A stretch of DNA of 24,000 bases from an uncultured Acidobacteriota bacterium (lineage in GTDB: Bacteria; Acidobacteriota; Terriglobia; Acidiferrales; UBA7541): contig CAVWQK010000005.1 in the NCBI GenBank assembly GCA_963757145.1, forward strand, positions 1,390,606 through 1,414,605, written 5' to 3'. Both the position numbers and the translations under genes were made by a program. The notes beneath the pieces are model-generated. The model had not been told where the DNA came from. It saw only the letters and a program-made list of their open reading frames with translations, and did not search any database. How positions within the stretch are numbered: the first letter of the stretch is position 1; each line of letters starts with the position of its first letter. Below are positions 13,410 to 20,572 of this stretch, in pieces.

Positions 13410-14174
13410 ATGACCGAAACAAAAAAAACCGCCGTAATCTTCGGCCTCGCGAACAAACGCAGCATCGCCTGGGCCATCGCGCAAAAACTCCACGCCGACG
13501 GCTGGCAGCTCGCCATCACCTATCAAAATCAACGCCTCGAGCTCGAAGCCAGAGACCTGATCGCGGAACTGCCAGGTGCCGCCGGCTTCATGTGCGACGT
13601 GACGCAGGACGATCAAATCACCAATCTTTTCCAGCAGCTCCAGGAAAAGTACGACGTATTGCACGGCCTCGTACACAGCATCGGGTTTGCGCCCGAAAGC
13701 GATTTGAAGGGGGAATTCGTCAATACCACGCGCGACGGATTCCGCATCGCGCACGACATCAGCGTCTACTCGCTGATCGCTGTGTCGCGCGGAGCGCTAC
13801 CCTTGATGACGTCGGGCGGCGGGATCGTCACGCTCACATACTACGGCGCGGAAAAGGTCGTGCCACGATACAACGTCATGGGAGTCGCGAAGGCGGCTCT
13901 GGAAGCGACAGTGCGTTATTTGGCCTACGACCTGGGAGCGAAGGCGATCCGTGTTAACGCCATTTCTGCAGGGCCGATCAAGTCCTTGGCATCGCGAGGG
14001 ATATCCGGCTTTGGCGAGATGTTGAAGACGCAGATTGAGCGCGCGCCGCTCAAACGCAACGTCGATCCCGCCGAAGTCGGCACGACCGCCGCGTTCCTCC
14101 TCTCCGAGGGCGGTTCCGGCATCACCGGCGAAACCATCTACGTCGATTGTGGCTACAACATCATGGGCTTCTAG
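13410..14174 (+). CDS. fabI: Enoyl-[acyl-carrier-protein] reductase (NADH) FabI
   Basis: 254 aa SDR. Contains GLANKRSIAWAIA and the catalytic Y-x6-K in YNVMGVAKAALE, plus SAGPIKSLA. Confidence 0.93.
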   Translation: MTETKKTAVIFGLANKRSIAWAIAQKLHADGWQLAITYQNQRLELEARDLIAELPGAAGFMCDVTQDDQITNLFQQLQEKYDVLHGLVHSIGFAPESDLKGEFVNTTRDGFRIAHDISVYSLIAVSRGALPLMTSGGGIVTLTYYGAEKVVPRYNVMGVAKAALEATVRYLAYDLGAKAIRVNAISAGPIKSLASRGISGFGEMLKTQIERAPLKRNVDPAEVGTTAAFLLSEGGSGITGETIYVDCGYNIMGF

Positions 14175-14186
14175 CTCCTCCTGGTG

Positions 14187-14222
14187 CCGCATCCTCCTGA
14201 TTTTAGGAGGATGCGGGTTTTC
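14187..14222 (+). terminator. Rho-independent terminator of fabI
   Basis: 12-bp perfect stem CCGCATCCTCCT(14187-14198)/AGGAGGATGCGG(14205-14216) with loop GATTTT, followed by GTTTT. Confidence 0.8.
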
Positions 14223-14362
14223 CGCTCCGCAGTCATCGTTGCTTAATCGCTGGGTGCCCAAGTTCGATTTCTGAACCTGGGTCTCTCTTTCTGCATTCCC
14301 CTCATTGCGTCTTCCTTCCGCTGTCCTCTCCACGTAAGATATCCCCGGCCAATCTCTCTCGA

Positions 14363-15082
14363 ATGCCCAGACTGACCATCGCCATTGACGGCCCCGCCGG
14401 TTCGGGGAAGAGCAGTGTCGCGCGCCGCATCGCCGGCATTCTCGAGTATCTGTATCTCGACAGCGGCGCAATGTACCGAGCGCTCGCGCTAAAGGCGATC
14501 CACCGGTGCGTCGCTTTCGATGATGACGCACAACTCGAATCGCTCGCCGGTGAGACTCATATCGAGTTGAAACCGCCGACTATGGAGCAGGAAAAAGCGG
14601 GCGCGAAAAATCGTGTCTTTCTCGACGGTGCCGAAGTGACCGACGCGATCCGTACCGGCGAAGTTGCGCAGGCCGCATCGCGGCTTGCGACGATTGCCGG
14701 AGTCCGCCACGTGCTCGTCGCCGAGCAGCAGCGCGCCGGCGCGGGCGGCGGCGTCGTGATGGAAGGCCGCGACATCGGCACCGTCGTTTTCCCTGGGGCC
14801 GACTTAAAAATCTTTCTCGACGCCTCGCCCGAAGTTCGCGCCGAACGGCGCTGGAAAGAGCACGAAGAAAAGGGCGATCATCTCACGGTGTTCCAGGTTC
14901 TTGAGGAAGTTCGCGAGCGCGACAAGCGCGATCGCGAGCGCAGAGTCTCGCCGCTCGTGCGCGCGGCTGACGCCGTCATCATCGACAACACCGCAATGGA
15001 CATCGAAGAAACCGCAAGACTGATCGTGATGCTGGCGCGCGAGCGCGAAAGGAATCCGGTCCCGGCACAAAGGAGCGTCTGA
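14363..15082 (+). CDS. cmk: (d)CMP kinase
   Basis: P-loop IAIDGPAGSGKSSVA, then YLDSGAMYRA and GRDIGTVVFP. Confidence 0.92.
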   Translation: MPRLTIAIDGPAGSGKSSVARRIAGILEYLYLDSGAMYRALALKAIHRCVAFDDDAQLESLAGETHIELKPPTMEQEKAGAKNRVFLDGAEVTDAIRTGEVAQAASRLATIAGVRHVLVAEQQRAGAGGGVVMEGRDIGTVVFPGADLKIFLDASPEVRAERRWKEHEEKGDHLTVFQVLEEVRERDKRDRERRVSPLVRAADAVIIDNTAMDIEETARLIVMLARERERNPVPAQRSV

Positions 15083-16920
15083 TGCGAATGCTGGCGATGG
15101 CGGCGATGAGTCTGGGTGGCGCGCTGCTGGTTATTCCAATGATGATTCTCGGCAACCCGAACGCAAGTGCCGTTCCGAACGCAAACCCCGCCGAGCAATC
15201 CGAAGAGACTCGCAAATTCCGTGCGTATCTCGACGCCGACTGGAAGCGGTGGATGGAGGAGTATCCCGACGTCGCCACGCAAGTCGGCTATCCCGGCCAG
15301 GACGCCCGCTGGACCGACGATTCGCCGGCGGGAATCGAGCGACGCAAAAAGCACCTTGCCGAAAGCATCGGGCAATTGAAACAGATTCATCGCGACGCGC
15401 TGCCCGACGGCGAAAAACTCAACTTCGACCTTTACTCGCAGTTGCTCGAGACGTCCGAAGAGGGATTGAAGTACGGCGACGACCCCCTCCCGTTCCGTTT
15501 TGTCGTACCGCGCAGCCTCTGGATGCCGATGAACCAGATGGAGGGCATTCAACAAGGCGCCGCCGACGCGCTCGAAAGCACGCCGCACCACCGCGTCGCC
15601 GAGTACGAAATCATCCTGGAGCGCATGAAAGCGCTGTCTGCTTCGGTCGATCAACAGATTGATTTGCTGAAAGAAGGATTGAAGCGGGGCTACACGCCGC
15701 CGAAGATCACGATGCGCGACGTGCCGAAGCAAATCGCCGATTTGATTCCGACCGATCCGATGGCGAGCGCGCTGCTGCAGCCGTTCACGGAGTTTCCCAC
15801 TGCGTTTTCTGATGCTGACAAATCGCGACTGACGGATCAAGCCAAGAAAATATACACATCGTCGCTGGCTCCCGCGTTTCAGAGACTGCACGATTACGTC
15901 GCGACGACCTATGTTCCTGCCTGCCGTGACAACATCGCCGCGATTTCGTTGAGCAACGGCGCCGCTGCGTACGCTTTTCACGTGCACTGGCAAACGACAA
16001 CCGACCTGACGCCGGCGCAGATCCACGAAATCGGATTGTCGGAGGTGAAGCGCATCCGGGCCGAGATGGACAAGATTATTGCGTCGGTGAATTTTAAAGG
16101 CGGCTTCCACGACTTCACCGAATTTCTGCGCACCGATCCGCGGTTTTACTACGACAAACCCGAGGATCTGGTCAACGCCTACCGCGTGATTGCGAAAAGA
16201 ATCGATCCCGAACTGGCGCACGAATTCGGCAAGCTGCCGCGGCTTCCCTACGGAGTTTGCGAAATTCCTGCGTTCAAAGCGCCGTCGCAAACGACCGCCT
16301 ATTACCAAGGTGGTTCGCCGGCAGTCGGCCGGCCTGGCTGCTACTTCGTGAACACCTACAATCTCCACGCGCGGCCGAAGTGGGAGATGGAAGCGCTATC
16401 ACTGCACGAAGCTGTGCCAGGGCATCATTTGCAGATTTCGCTCGCGCAGGAGATGGAAGACGTGCCGGAATTCCGGAAGCATGTCGGGTATTCGGCGTTC
16501 GTCGAAGGCTGGGCGCTGTACTCGGAAAGCCTCGGCGAAGAACTCGGATTGCTGAAAGACCCGTATTCGAAATTCGGGCAGCTCACGTATGAGATGTGGC
16601 GCGCGGTGCGGCTCGTCGTCGATACGGGCATGCACTCGATGGGCTGGACGCGCGAGCAAGCGATCCAATTTTTCAAAGACAACACCGGGAAGACCGACCA
16701 GGACATTACCGTCGAAGTCGACCGCTATATCGTGTGGCCGGGGCAGGCACTCGCGTACAAACTCGGGCAACTGAAAATTCGGCAGCTGCGGACCGAAGTG
16801 GAGAAGAAGCAGGGCAGCGCCTTCAGCGTCGGGAAATTTCACGATGCGGTACTCGAGTCGGGCTCGATTCCGCTCGATGTCCTCGACAGTCACATCCACG
16901 CCTGGCTCGCGAAGCCGTAA
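15082..16920 (+). CDS. DUF885 family protein (putative secreted metallopeptidase-like)
   Basis: 612 aa with an N-terminal signal-like hydrophobic segment. HEAVPGHHLQ and the surrounding block are characteristic of DUF885. The ATG overlaps the cmk stop (TGATG). Confidence 0.8.
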   Translation: MRMLAMAAMSLGGALLVIPMMILGNPNASAVPNANPAEQSEETRKFRAYLDADWKRWMEEYPDVATQVGYPGQDARWTDDSPAGIERRKKHLAESIGQLKQIHRDALPDGEKLNFDLYSQLLETSEEGLKYGDDPLPFRFVVPRSLWMPMNQMEGIQQGAADALESTPHHRVAEYEIILERMKALSASVDQQIDLLKEGLKRGYTPPKITMRDVPKQIADLIPTDPMASALLQPFTEFPTAFSDADKSRLTDQAKKIYTSSLAPAFQRLHDYVATTYVPACRDNIAAISLSNGAAAYAFHVHWQTTTDLTPAQIHEIGLSEVKRIRAEMDKIIASVNFKGGFHDFTEFLRTDPRFYYDKPEDLVNAYRVIAKRIDPELAHEFGKLPRLPYGVCEIPAFKAPSQTTAYYQGGSPAVGRPGCYFVNTYNLHARPKWEMEALSLHEAVPGHHLQISLAQEMEDVPEFRKHVGYSAFVEGWALYSESLGEELGLLKDPYSKFGQLTYEMWRAVRLVVDTGMHSMGWTREQAIQFFKDNTGKTDQDITVEVDRYIVWPGQALAYKLGQLKIRQLRTEVEKKQGSAFSVGKFHDAVLESGSIPLDVLDSHIHAWLAKP

Positions 16921-17013
16921 GCGGCATACCCCTGTTCCTCTTCGAAAAAGAAAGCCCCATGTTCACACACCGAATCTGGAGTACTCGACTCCCTGCTTGA
17001 TACGCGTCAAGCG

Positions 17014-18396
17014 CTACTGGGCGTCTTGGCGGTTGGTGATGGTCACGCGGAACGGGGGGCGCGTGCGTTCGGCGGGGTCCTGGTCAAAGGTTTGGGAGGT
17101 TTTGACGGGGTCGTAGTCGCGCCAGAGCCAGGTCATTTCGGCGGGGAATTCGGCGGCGCCGTGGGCTGAGTTGTGGGTGCCGCGTCCGAAGCTGAGACGG
17201 AAATCGTAGCCGGTGGCCTTGAGCGCGTTAGCCATGCGCAAATTCGCCAGCGGCCAGTTACCGTAGCGGAGATCGAGATCCTCGGAGCCGTCCTGGAGCC
17301 AGACGCGGATGTTGCGCTTCGGCTCGCGCAAAACTTTGTCGGGATAATCCTGGCCCCCATCGGGATTCGCGGGATCTTCCTTCCACTGGATGCTCGAGAA
17401 GCTGCCAATCCAGGAAATCACGCGGCTGAATTGATCGGGCTGCTGCCACGCGGCATTAAACGAGCAGATGCCCCCGGAGGAAAGCCCGGTGATCGAACGG
17501 CTGTAAGCGTCCTTGCGGATGTTGTACTTGCTTGCGACGTCGGCGAGGACTTCGTCGCGCAGGAAGCGCGGGTAACGGTCGCTGACGGTGTCGTAGAGCG
17601 TGCTACGCATCGAGTCTTTGAGCGTGCGCTGCCACTTCTTGCCGTAGGCCTCGACGAAATTGTAGGTGGGCGTGCCGGACGAGTCGGAGATGTCGCCGGG
17701 ATTGATGAAGACCACGATCATGACCGGGATCTTTTTCTGCGCGATCAGGTTGTCAATCACGTTGAGCGTGCGGTTTTTGCCGTTGCGATCGAGATAGCCC
17801 TCACCGTCCTGTACGACCAGAAGCGCCGCGGGAGTTTTTGCATCGTATTGCGCGGGGACATAGATCCAGTATTCGCTTTTCATCCCGTCGTAAATTTTGC
17901 TGATGTGAACGATTTTGTCGGAGAGTTTGCCAGCGGGGACGTCGGGATGCTGGTAGGAATCGGGCGTATAGACGGGAACATCGTAGCTGCCGCCGAATCG
18001 GTCATGGCCGACCAAGTAGTGAAAGGTATGCGAAGTGCCCAGACGTTCGATGCGCGCGGGTGCGTACCAGAGATCGGTGGATGGAATCTGCTTCATCTCA
18101 GGGCCGGGTGCATCGTCGATGAAAAGCGAAGGTTTAGATGGCGACTGCGTGACGAAGAAAAATTCGGGACCCTGGCCGATGAAGGCGCGGCCGGCAAGGA
18201 GATCTTTTGGATCAAAGGTAGAGATGATGGCTTCGCGGAGCTGAGGGCTATTGGATTTGGCTAGTTCGATGAGTTGCGGGGCGGTGGATTTTTCGGGAGG
18301 TGGCGCGGCCACTACCAGCGCGGCGGGCAGTAAGAGGGCCAGCGCAAATTGCGCGGCCGTGACTACGAAACTCCAATTGGTGTTGGCGTTTGGCAT
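17014..18396 (-). CDS. Secreted alpha/beta-hydrolase, putative esterase (enterochelin-esterase-like family)
   Basis: Nucleophile elbow GLSSGG, and an esterase-family block WIYVPAQYD...ALLVVQDGEGY...IPVMIVVFINPG. I prefer the internal ATG at 18396 (MPNANTNWSFVVTAAQFALALLLPAALVVA), which starts directly with a signal peptide. The upstream extension to 18561 overlaps the divergent promoter region. Confidence 0.75.
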   Translation of the reverse strand: MPNANTNWSFVVTAAQFALALLLPAALVVAAPPPEKSTAPQLIELAKSNSPQLREAIISTFDPKDLLAGRAFIGQGPEFFFVTQSPSKPSLFIDDAPGPEMKQIPSTDLWYAPARIERLGTSHTFHYLVGHDRFGGSYDVPVYTPDSYQHPDVPAGKLSDKIVHISKIYDGMKSEYWIYVPAQYDAKTPAALLVVQDGEGYLDRNGKNRTLNVIDNLIAQKKIPVMIVVFINPGDISDSSGTPTYNFVEAYGKKWQRTLKDSMRSTLYDTVSDRYPRFLRDEVLADVASKYNIRKDAYSRSITGLSSGGICSFNAAWQQPDQFSRVISWIGSFSSIQWKEDPANPDGGQDYPDKVLREPKRNIRVWLQDGSEDLDLRYGNWPLANLRMANALKATGYDFRLSFGRGTHNSAHGAAEFPAEMTWLWRDYDPVKTSQTFDQDPAERTRPPFRVTITNRQDAQ

Positions 18397-18578
18397 TGCG
18401 GTTTCCCTGAACCTCGATTTCGCAAATTTGACGCGCCATGATAGCTCGAAAGGGATGCTGAATGGCAGGGCTCGCAGCGACCTCGCGGGGCGGGCCAGAG
18501 CGCACGGGAAGGCCACGGGGACTTCGCCCTGCGCTACAGGGTGGTGTGGTAGCTCGCGCATCGCGGAGGATTTCGGGG

Positions 18579-19112
18579 ATGAGCACGGCTCGGCTTGAGG
18601 CCTTCAGCGACGGGGTGATCGCGATCATCATCACCATCATGGTGCTGGAGCTGAAAGCTCCTGAAGGGCACACGTTCGCGGCGCTGGCGCAGATGACGGG
18701 AATTTTCCTGAGTTATGTTCTTAGCTTTGTTTATGTCGGGATTTACTGGAACAATCATCATCACATGCTGCATGCGTGTGAGACGGCGACAGGTGGGATT
18801 TTATGGGCGAACCTGCACTTGCTGTTCTGGCTGTCGCTGATTCCGTTTGCTACCGCTTGGCTGGGGCAGAATCATTTTACCTCGGCGCCAGCGGCGCTTT
18901 ATGGGATGGTGCTGCTGCCGCCGGCAATTGCGTGGGTGATTTTGCAGCAGCAGATGATCCGGTCGCAGAAGGGCGAGTCGCTGTTGAAAAAGGCGGTGGG
19001 GGAAGATTGGAAGGGAAAGTTGTCGGTAACGATGTATGTATTAGGGATCCTCGCGGCGTTTCGCGCACCGCGCATCTCAGTGATGCTATATACAGTCACG
19101 GGGATAATCTAG
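18579..19112 (+). CDS. TMEM175 (DUF1211) family potassium channel
   Basis: Signature RLEAFSDGVIAIIITIMVLEL (RxxxFSD) at the N-terminus and multiple TM segments. GGAGGA at 18566-18571 sits 7 nt before the ATG at 18579. The annotated upstream start at 18462 is Arg/Gly-rich and unlikely. Confidence 0.8.
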   Translation: MSTARLEAFSDGVIAIIITIMVLELKAPEGHTFAALAQMTGIFLSYVLSFVYVGIYWNNHHHMLHACETATGGILWANLHLLFWLSLIPFATAWLGQNHFTSAPAALYGMVLLPPAIAWVILQQQMIRSQKGESLLKKAVGEDWKGKLSVTMYVLGILAAFRAPRISVMLYTVTGII

Positions 19113-19428
19113 TTTGTGCCGGACAAGAGGATCGAGCGGGTTGTCACAGAGGAGAGGTAGGTGGGCGGTTTTGCCGTCGAGGAAACTTCAGGGGATAAAG
19201 CCCATCGTTCGTGGCTACAATTAATGTCGCGGTTGAAACCACGACCCACGAAGCTTCAGGCAGTGACGCGGTTAGATCGCGACCAACTAGGATTGGCGAT
19301 TTCAGAGTCAAAGGGCGTAACAGGCTGGCGGCCGTCGACGGTTTTCCGCCGAGGCGAATGCTAAGTACTGTCGAATTAACAAGTAGCGCGAAAAAGCCGT
19401 ACAAAATGCATGTTTTTTGAAATTGTGC

Positions 19429-19457
19429 TTGACAGAAACGGAAACTGCCTTTACTTT
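19429..19457 (+). promoter_or_regulatory. Putative sigma70-type promoter upstream of the Y-RNA-like cluster
   Basis: Consensus TTGACA at 19429-19434, a 17-nt spacer, then TACTTT at 19452-19457. It sits in a locally AT-rich stretch (19381-19440 is about 38% GC). Confidence 0.45.
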
Positions 19458-19660
19458 GAGGTTACCTCAGATGTATGCCTGCCTGACGGCAGGTCCTCAC
19501 TGAGCGAGAATAGCAAACGATGAGACATAAACAACTTAGCCTGACCGGACGCATGACATGGCGACAGGGTTTCGTCGATTGCTTTATCCCGCGATCGTAA
19601 ATCCTTCGACTTGAAGTGCAATCCGAAATAAAGCGTTACGGGGACAAGTATTTACATTTG

Positions 19661-19756
19661 TTTCCGGGATGGTGAAGTTCACAGCTACTTCTGGCAAAGC
19701 CGCAAGGCTCGGGTTCGACTCCCCGTTCTACTGTGAACGATTATTCCTCCCGGAGA
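19661..19756 (+). ncRNA. Y-RNA-like ncRNA unit 1 (T-loop-containing)
   Basis: Closing helix TTTCCGGGA(19661-19669)/TCCCGGAGA(19748-19756). Shared motifs are TGGTGAAG (19670-19677) and CGATTATTCC (19738-19747). A second helix is TTCACAG(19678-19684)/CTGTGAA(19731-19737). Inside are GCC-GCAA-GGC (a GNRA hairpin) and a T-arm-like GGG-TTCGACT-CCC. TTTT lies at 19760-19763. Confidence 0.55.
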
Positions 19757-19877
19757 AGGTTTTCGGCCGCGATCGATTGATTTGATGTTGTTGTGGGGCG
19801 CAAGTTGATCCCGCTCTCAGCAAGCGGTCGTGGTGTGTCCGCTGGAGGTGTGTTGGGAGAGAGGAAAGCTTTTGATT

Positions 19878-20009
19878 TTGCGGCGTGGTGAAGGCGCGAG
19901 ATACATCGGCCCCATTTGTCGCGGGTTCGATTCCTGCCGGTGGCGAAAGCTGCCGTAGCTCAGTGGCAGAGCGATGGGGAAAAACTCGTACCGATTATTC
20001 CCGCCGCAA
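19878..20009 (+). ncRNA. yrlA: YrlA-type Y RNA with circularly permuted tRNA-like domain
   Basis: Closing helix TTGCGGCG(19878-19885)/CGCCGCAA(20002-20009), with TGGTGAAG (19886-19893) and CGATTATTCC (19992-20001). The inner elements, in order: CCCCAT (19910-15); 5-nt variable TTGTC; T-arm GCGGG-TTCGATT-CCTGC (19921-37); 7-bp acceptor-like stem CGGTGGC-GAAA-GCTGCCG (19938-55); TA; D-arm GCTC-AGTGGCA-GAGC (19958-72); G; ATGGGG (19974-79), which pairs with CCCCAT. Confidence 0.8.
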
Positions 20010-20058
20010 TTGTGACGAACGCGGCGCAGGCGAATGTATGCAGGTTTGTGTTGCGGAA

Positions 20059-20144
20059 AACCGGGATGGTGGAGCGTGGAGATACTTCTCGACACGAAGC
20101 GGGGAGCGAAACCCCACAACTCCGCTCGTTTGTTCCTCCCGGTT
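20059..20144 (+). ncRNA. Y-RNA-like ncRNA unit 3 (no tRNA-like module; YrlB-like)
   Basis: Closing helix AACCGGGA(20059-20066)/TCCCGGTT(20137-20144). Motif variants are TGGTGGAG (20067-74) and CGTTTGTTCC (20127-36). An extended helix GAGCG-t-GGAG/CTCC-GCTC encloses two small hairpins (CTTC..GAAG and GGGG-AGCGAAA-CCCC). Confidence 0.5.
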
Positions 20145-20152
20145 GATTCTGG

Positions 20153-20191
20153 CCGGCGCGAATCGCGAATCTAGCGAGCGATTCGCGCCGG
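20153..20191 (+). other. Perfect 14-bp GC-rich hairpin between the Y-like RNAs and the coding genes
   Basis: CCGGCGCGAATCGC(20153-20166), an 11-nt loop, then GCGATTCGCGCCGG(20178-20191). There is no downstream T-run, so it is not a canonical intrinsic terminator. It may be a processing, stability or protein-binding element. Confidence 0.6.
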
Positions 20192-20266
20192 AGCTGGGGA
20201 TGTCCGATGTTGAAATGAAAACGTGAGAACGGATTTACGACACGAGACAGAAAGGAGGACGCGCAA

Positions 20267-20527
20267 ATGGAAGAATGGAGCTCATTGCAGGGCCCGGTGT
20301 TGATGGTGAACGGCAAGTTGACGCTGATGATCCCGCTGGAAGACGGAGGGGCCGAGTTGATGGATTGTTCGCGCGGCATCTCCGAAGTGGAAGGGCCGTG
20401 CCTCAAGATCGCCATTCCGGATTGGCTTGCCGGGATGCTGCGGATCGATGAGGGCGACATCGTCTGCGTCAGCAATTGGGATGGGAGGCTGCACATTCAG
20501 CCGAGTCAGGCGCGCGTGGTGCAGTGA
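20267..20527 (+). CDS. Small hypothetical protein with AbrB/MazE/SpoVT-like motif
   Basis: 86 aa. Strong RBS AGGAGG (20253-20258) 8 nt before the ATG. The C-terminal half LKIAIPDWLAGMLRIDEGDIVCVSNWDGRLHIQP follows the SpoVT-AbrB pattern (..IP..l...l.i.eGd.v.v....g.l.i.P). The N-terminal half has a second GKLTLMIP element. The stop is 45 nt before the rsr ATG. Confidence 0.55.
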   Translation: MEEWSSLQGPVLMVNGKLTLMIPLEDGGAELMDCSRGISEVEGPCLKIAIPDWLAGMLRIDEGDIVCVSNWDGRLHIQPSQARVVQ

Positions 20528-20572
20528 GAGCTGAAGGAGTAGTGGATTTTGTGGGAAAGGAGGAAGGGTGAG

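Noticed and set aside
14878-16368. 496-aa minus-strand ORF (and similarly 17173..18264 on the plus strand)
   Set aside because: These are antisense to the DUF885 gene and the esterase gene respectively. Both are Arg-rich low-complexity translations, and the sense genes carry clear family motifs.
16995-17012. GCTTGA-TACGCG-TCAAGC hairpin as a bidirectional terminator between the DUF885 and esterase genes
   Set aside because: The stem is short (6-7 bp) with no flanking T or A runs, so support is insufficient.
18397-18578. Upstream start codons extending the esterase (to 18561) and the TMEM175 gene (from 18462)
   Set aside because: The extensions overlap each other in the divergent promoter region and are Arg/Pro/Gly-rich. 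Internal ATGs with an RBS give a proper signal peptide and the RxxxFSD N-terminus.
19144-19420. Small ORFs 19144..19404 (-), 19161..19364 (+) and 19211..19420 (+)
   Set aside because: They have no RBS, overlap each other on both strands and have low-complexity translations. They sit in a region better explained as non-coding. None resembles the missing HDOD C-terminus.
19810-19843. Mutually exclusive hairpins CCGCT/AGCGG/CCGCT between units 1 and 2, as a possible attenuator
   Set aside because: The stems are only 5 bp with no extension, so this is easily chance in GC-rich sequence.
19921-19973. Possible canonical tRNA gene (GGTTCGATTCC T-loop and TAGCTCAGTGGCAGAGC D-arm)
   Set aside because: The T-arm precedes the D-arm. 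The acceptor-like stem is closed by a GAAA loop, and there is no anticodon arm or free 3' end. I interpret it as a permuted tRNA-like domain of a Y RNA.
19661-20144. The three repeated units as a CRISPR-like array
   Set aside because: The units are 86-132 nt, and only short motifs are shared (8- and 10-mers plus architecture). There are no identical 25-40-nt direct repeats with unique spacers and no cas genes.
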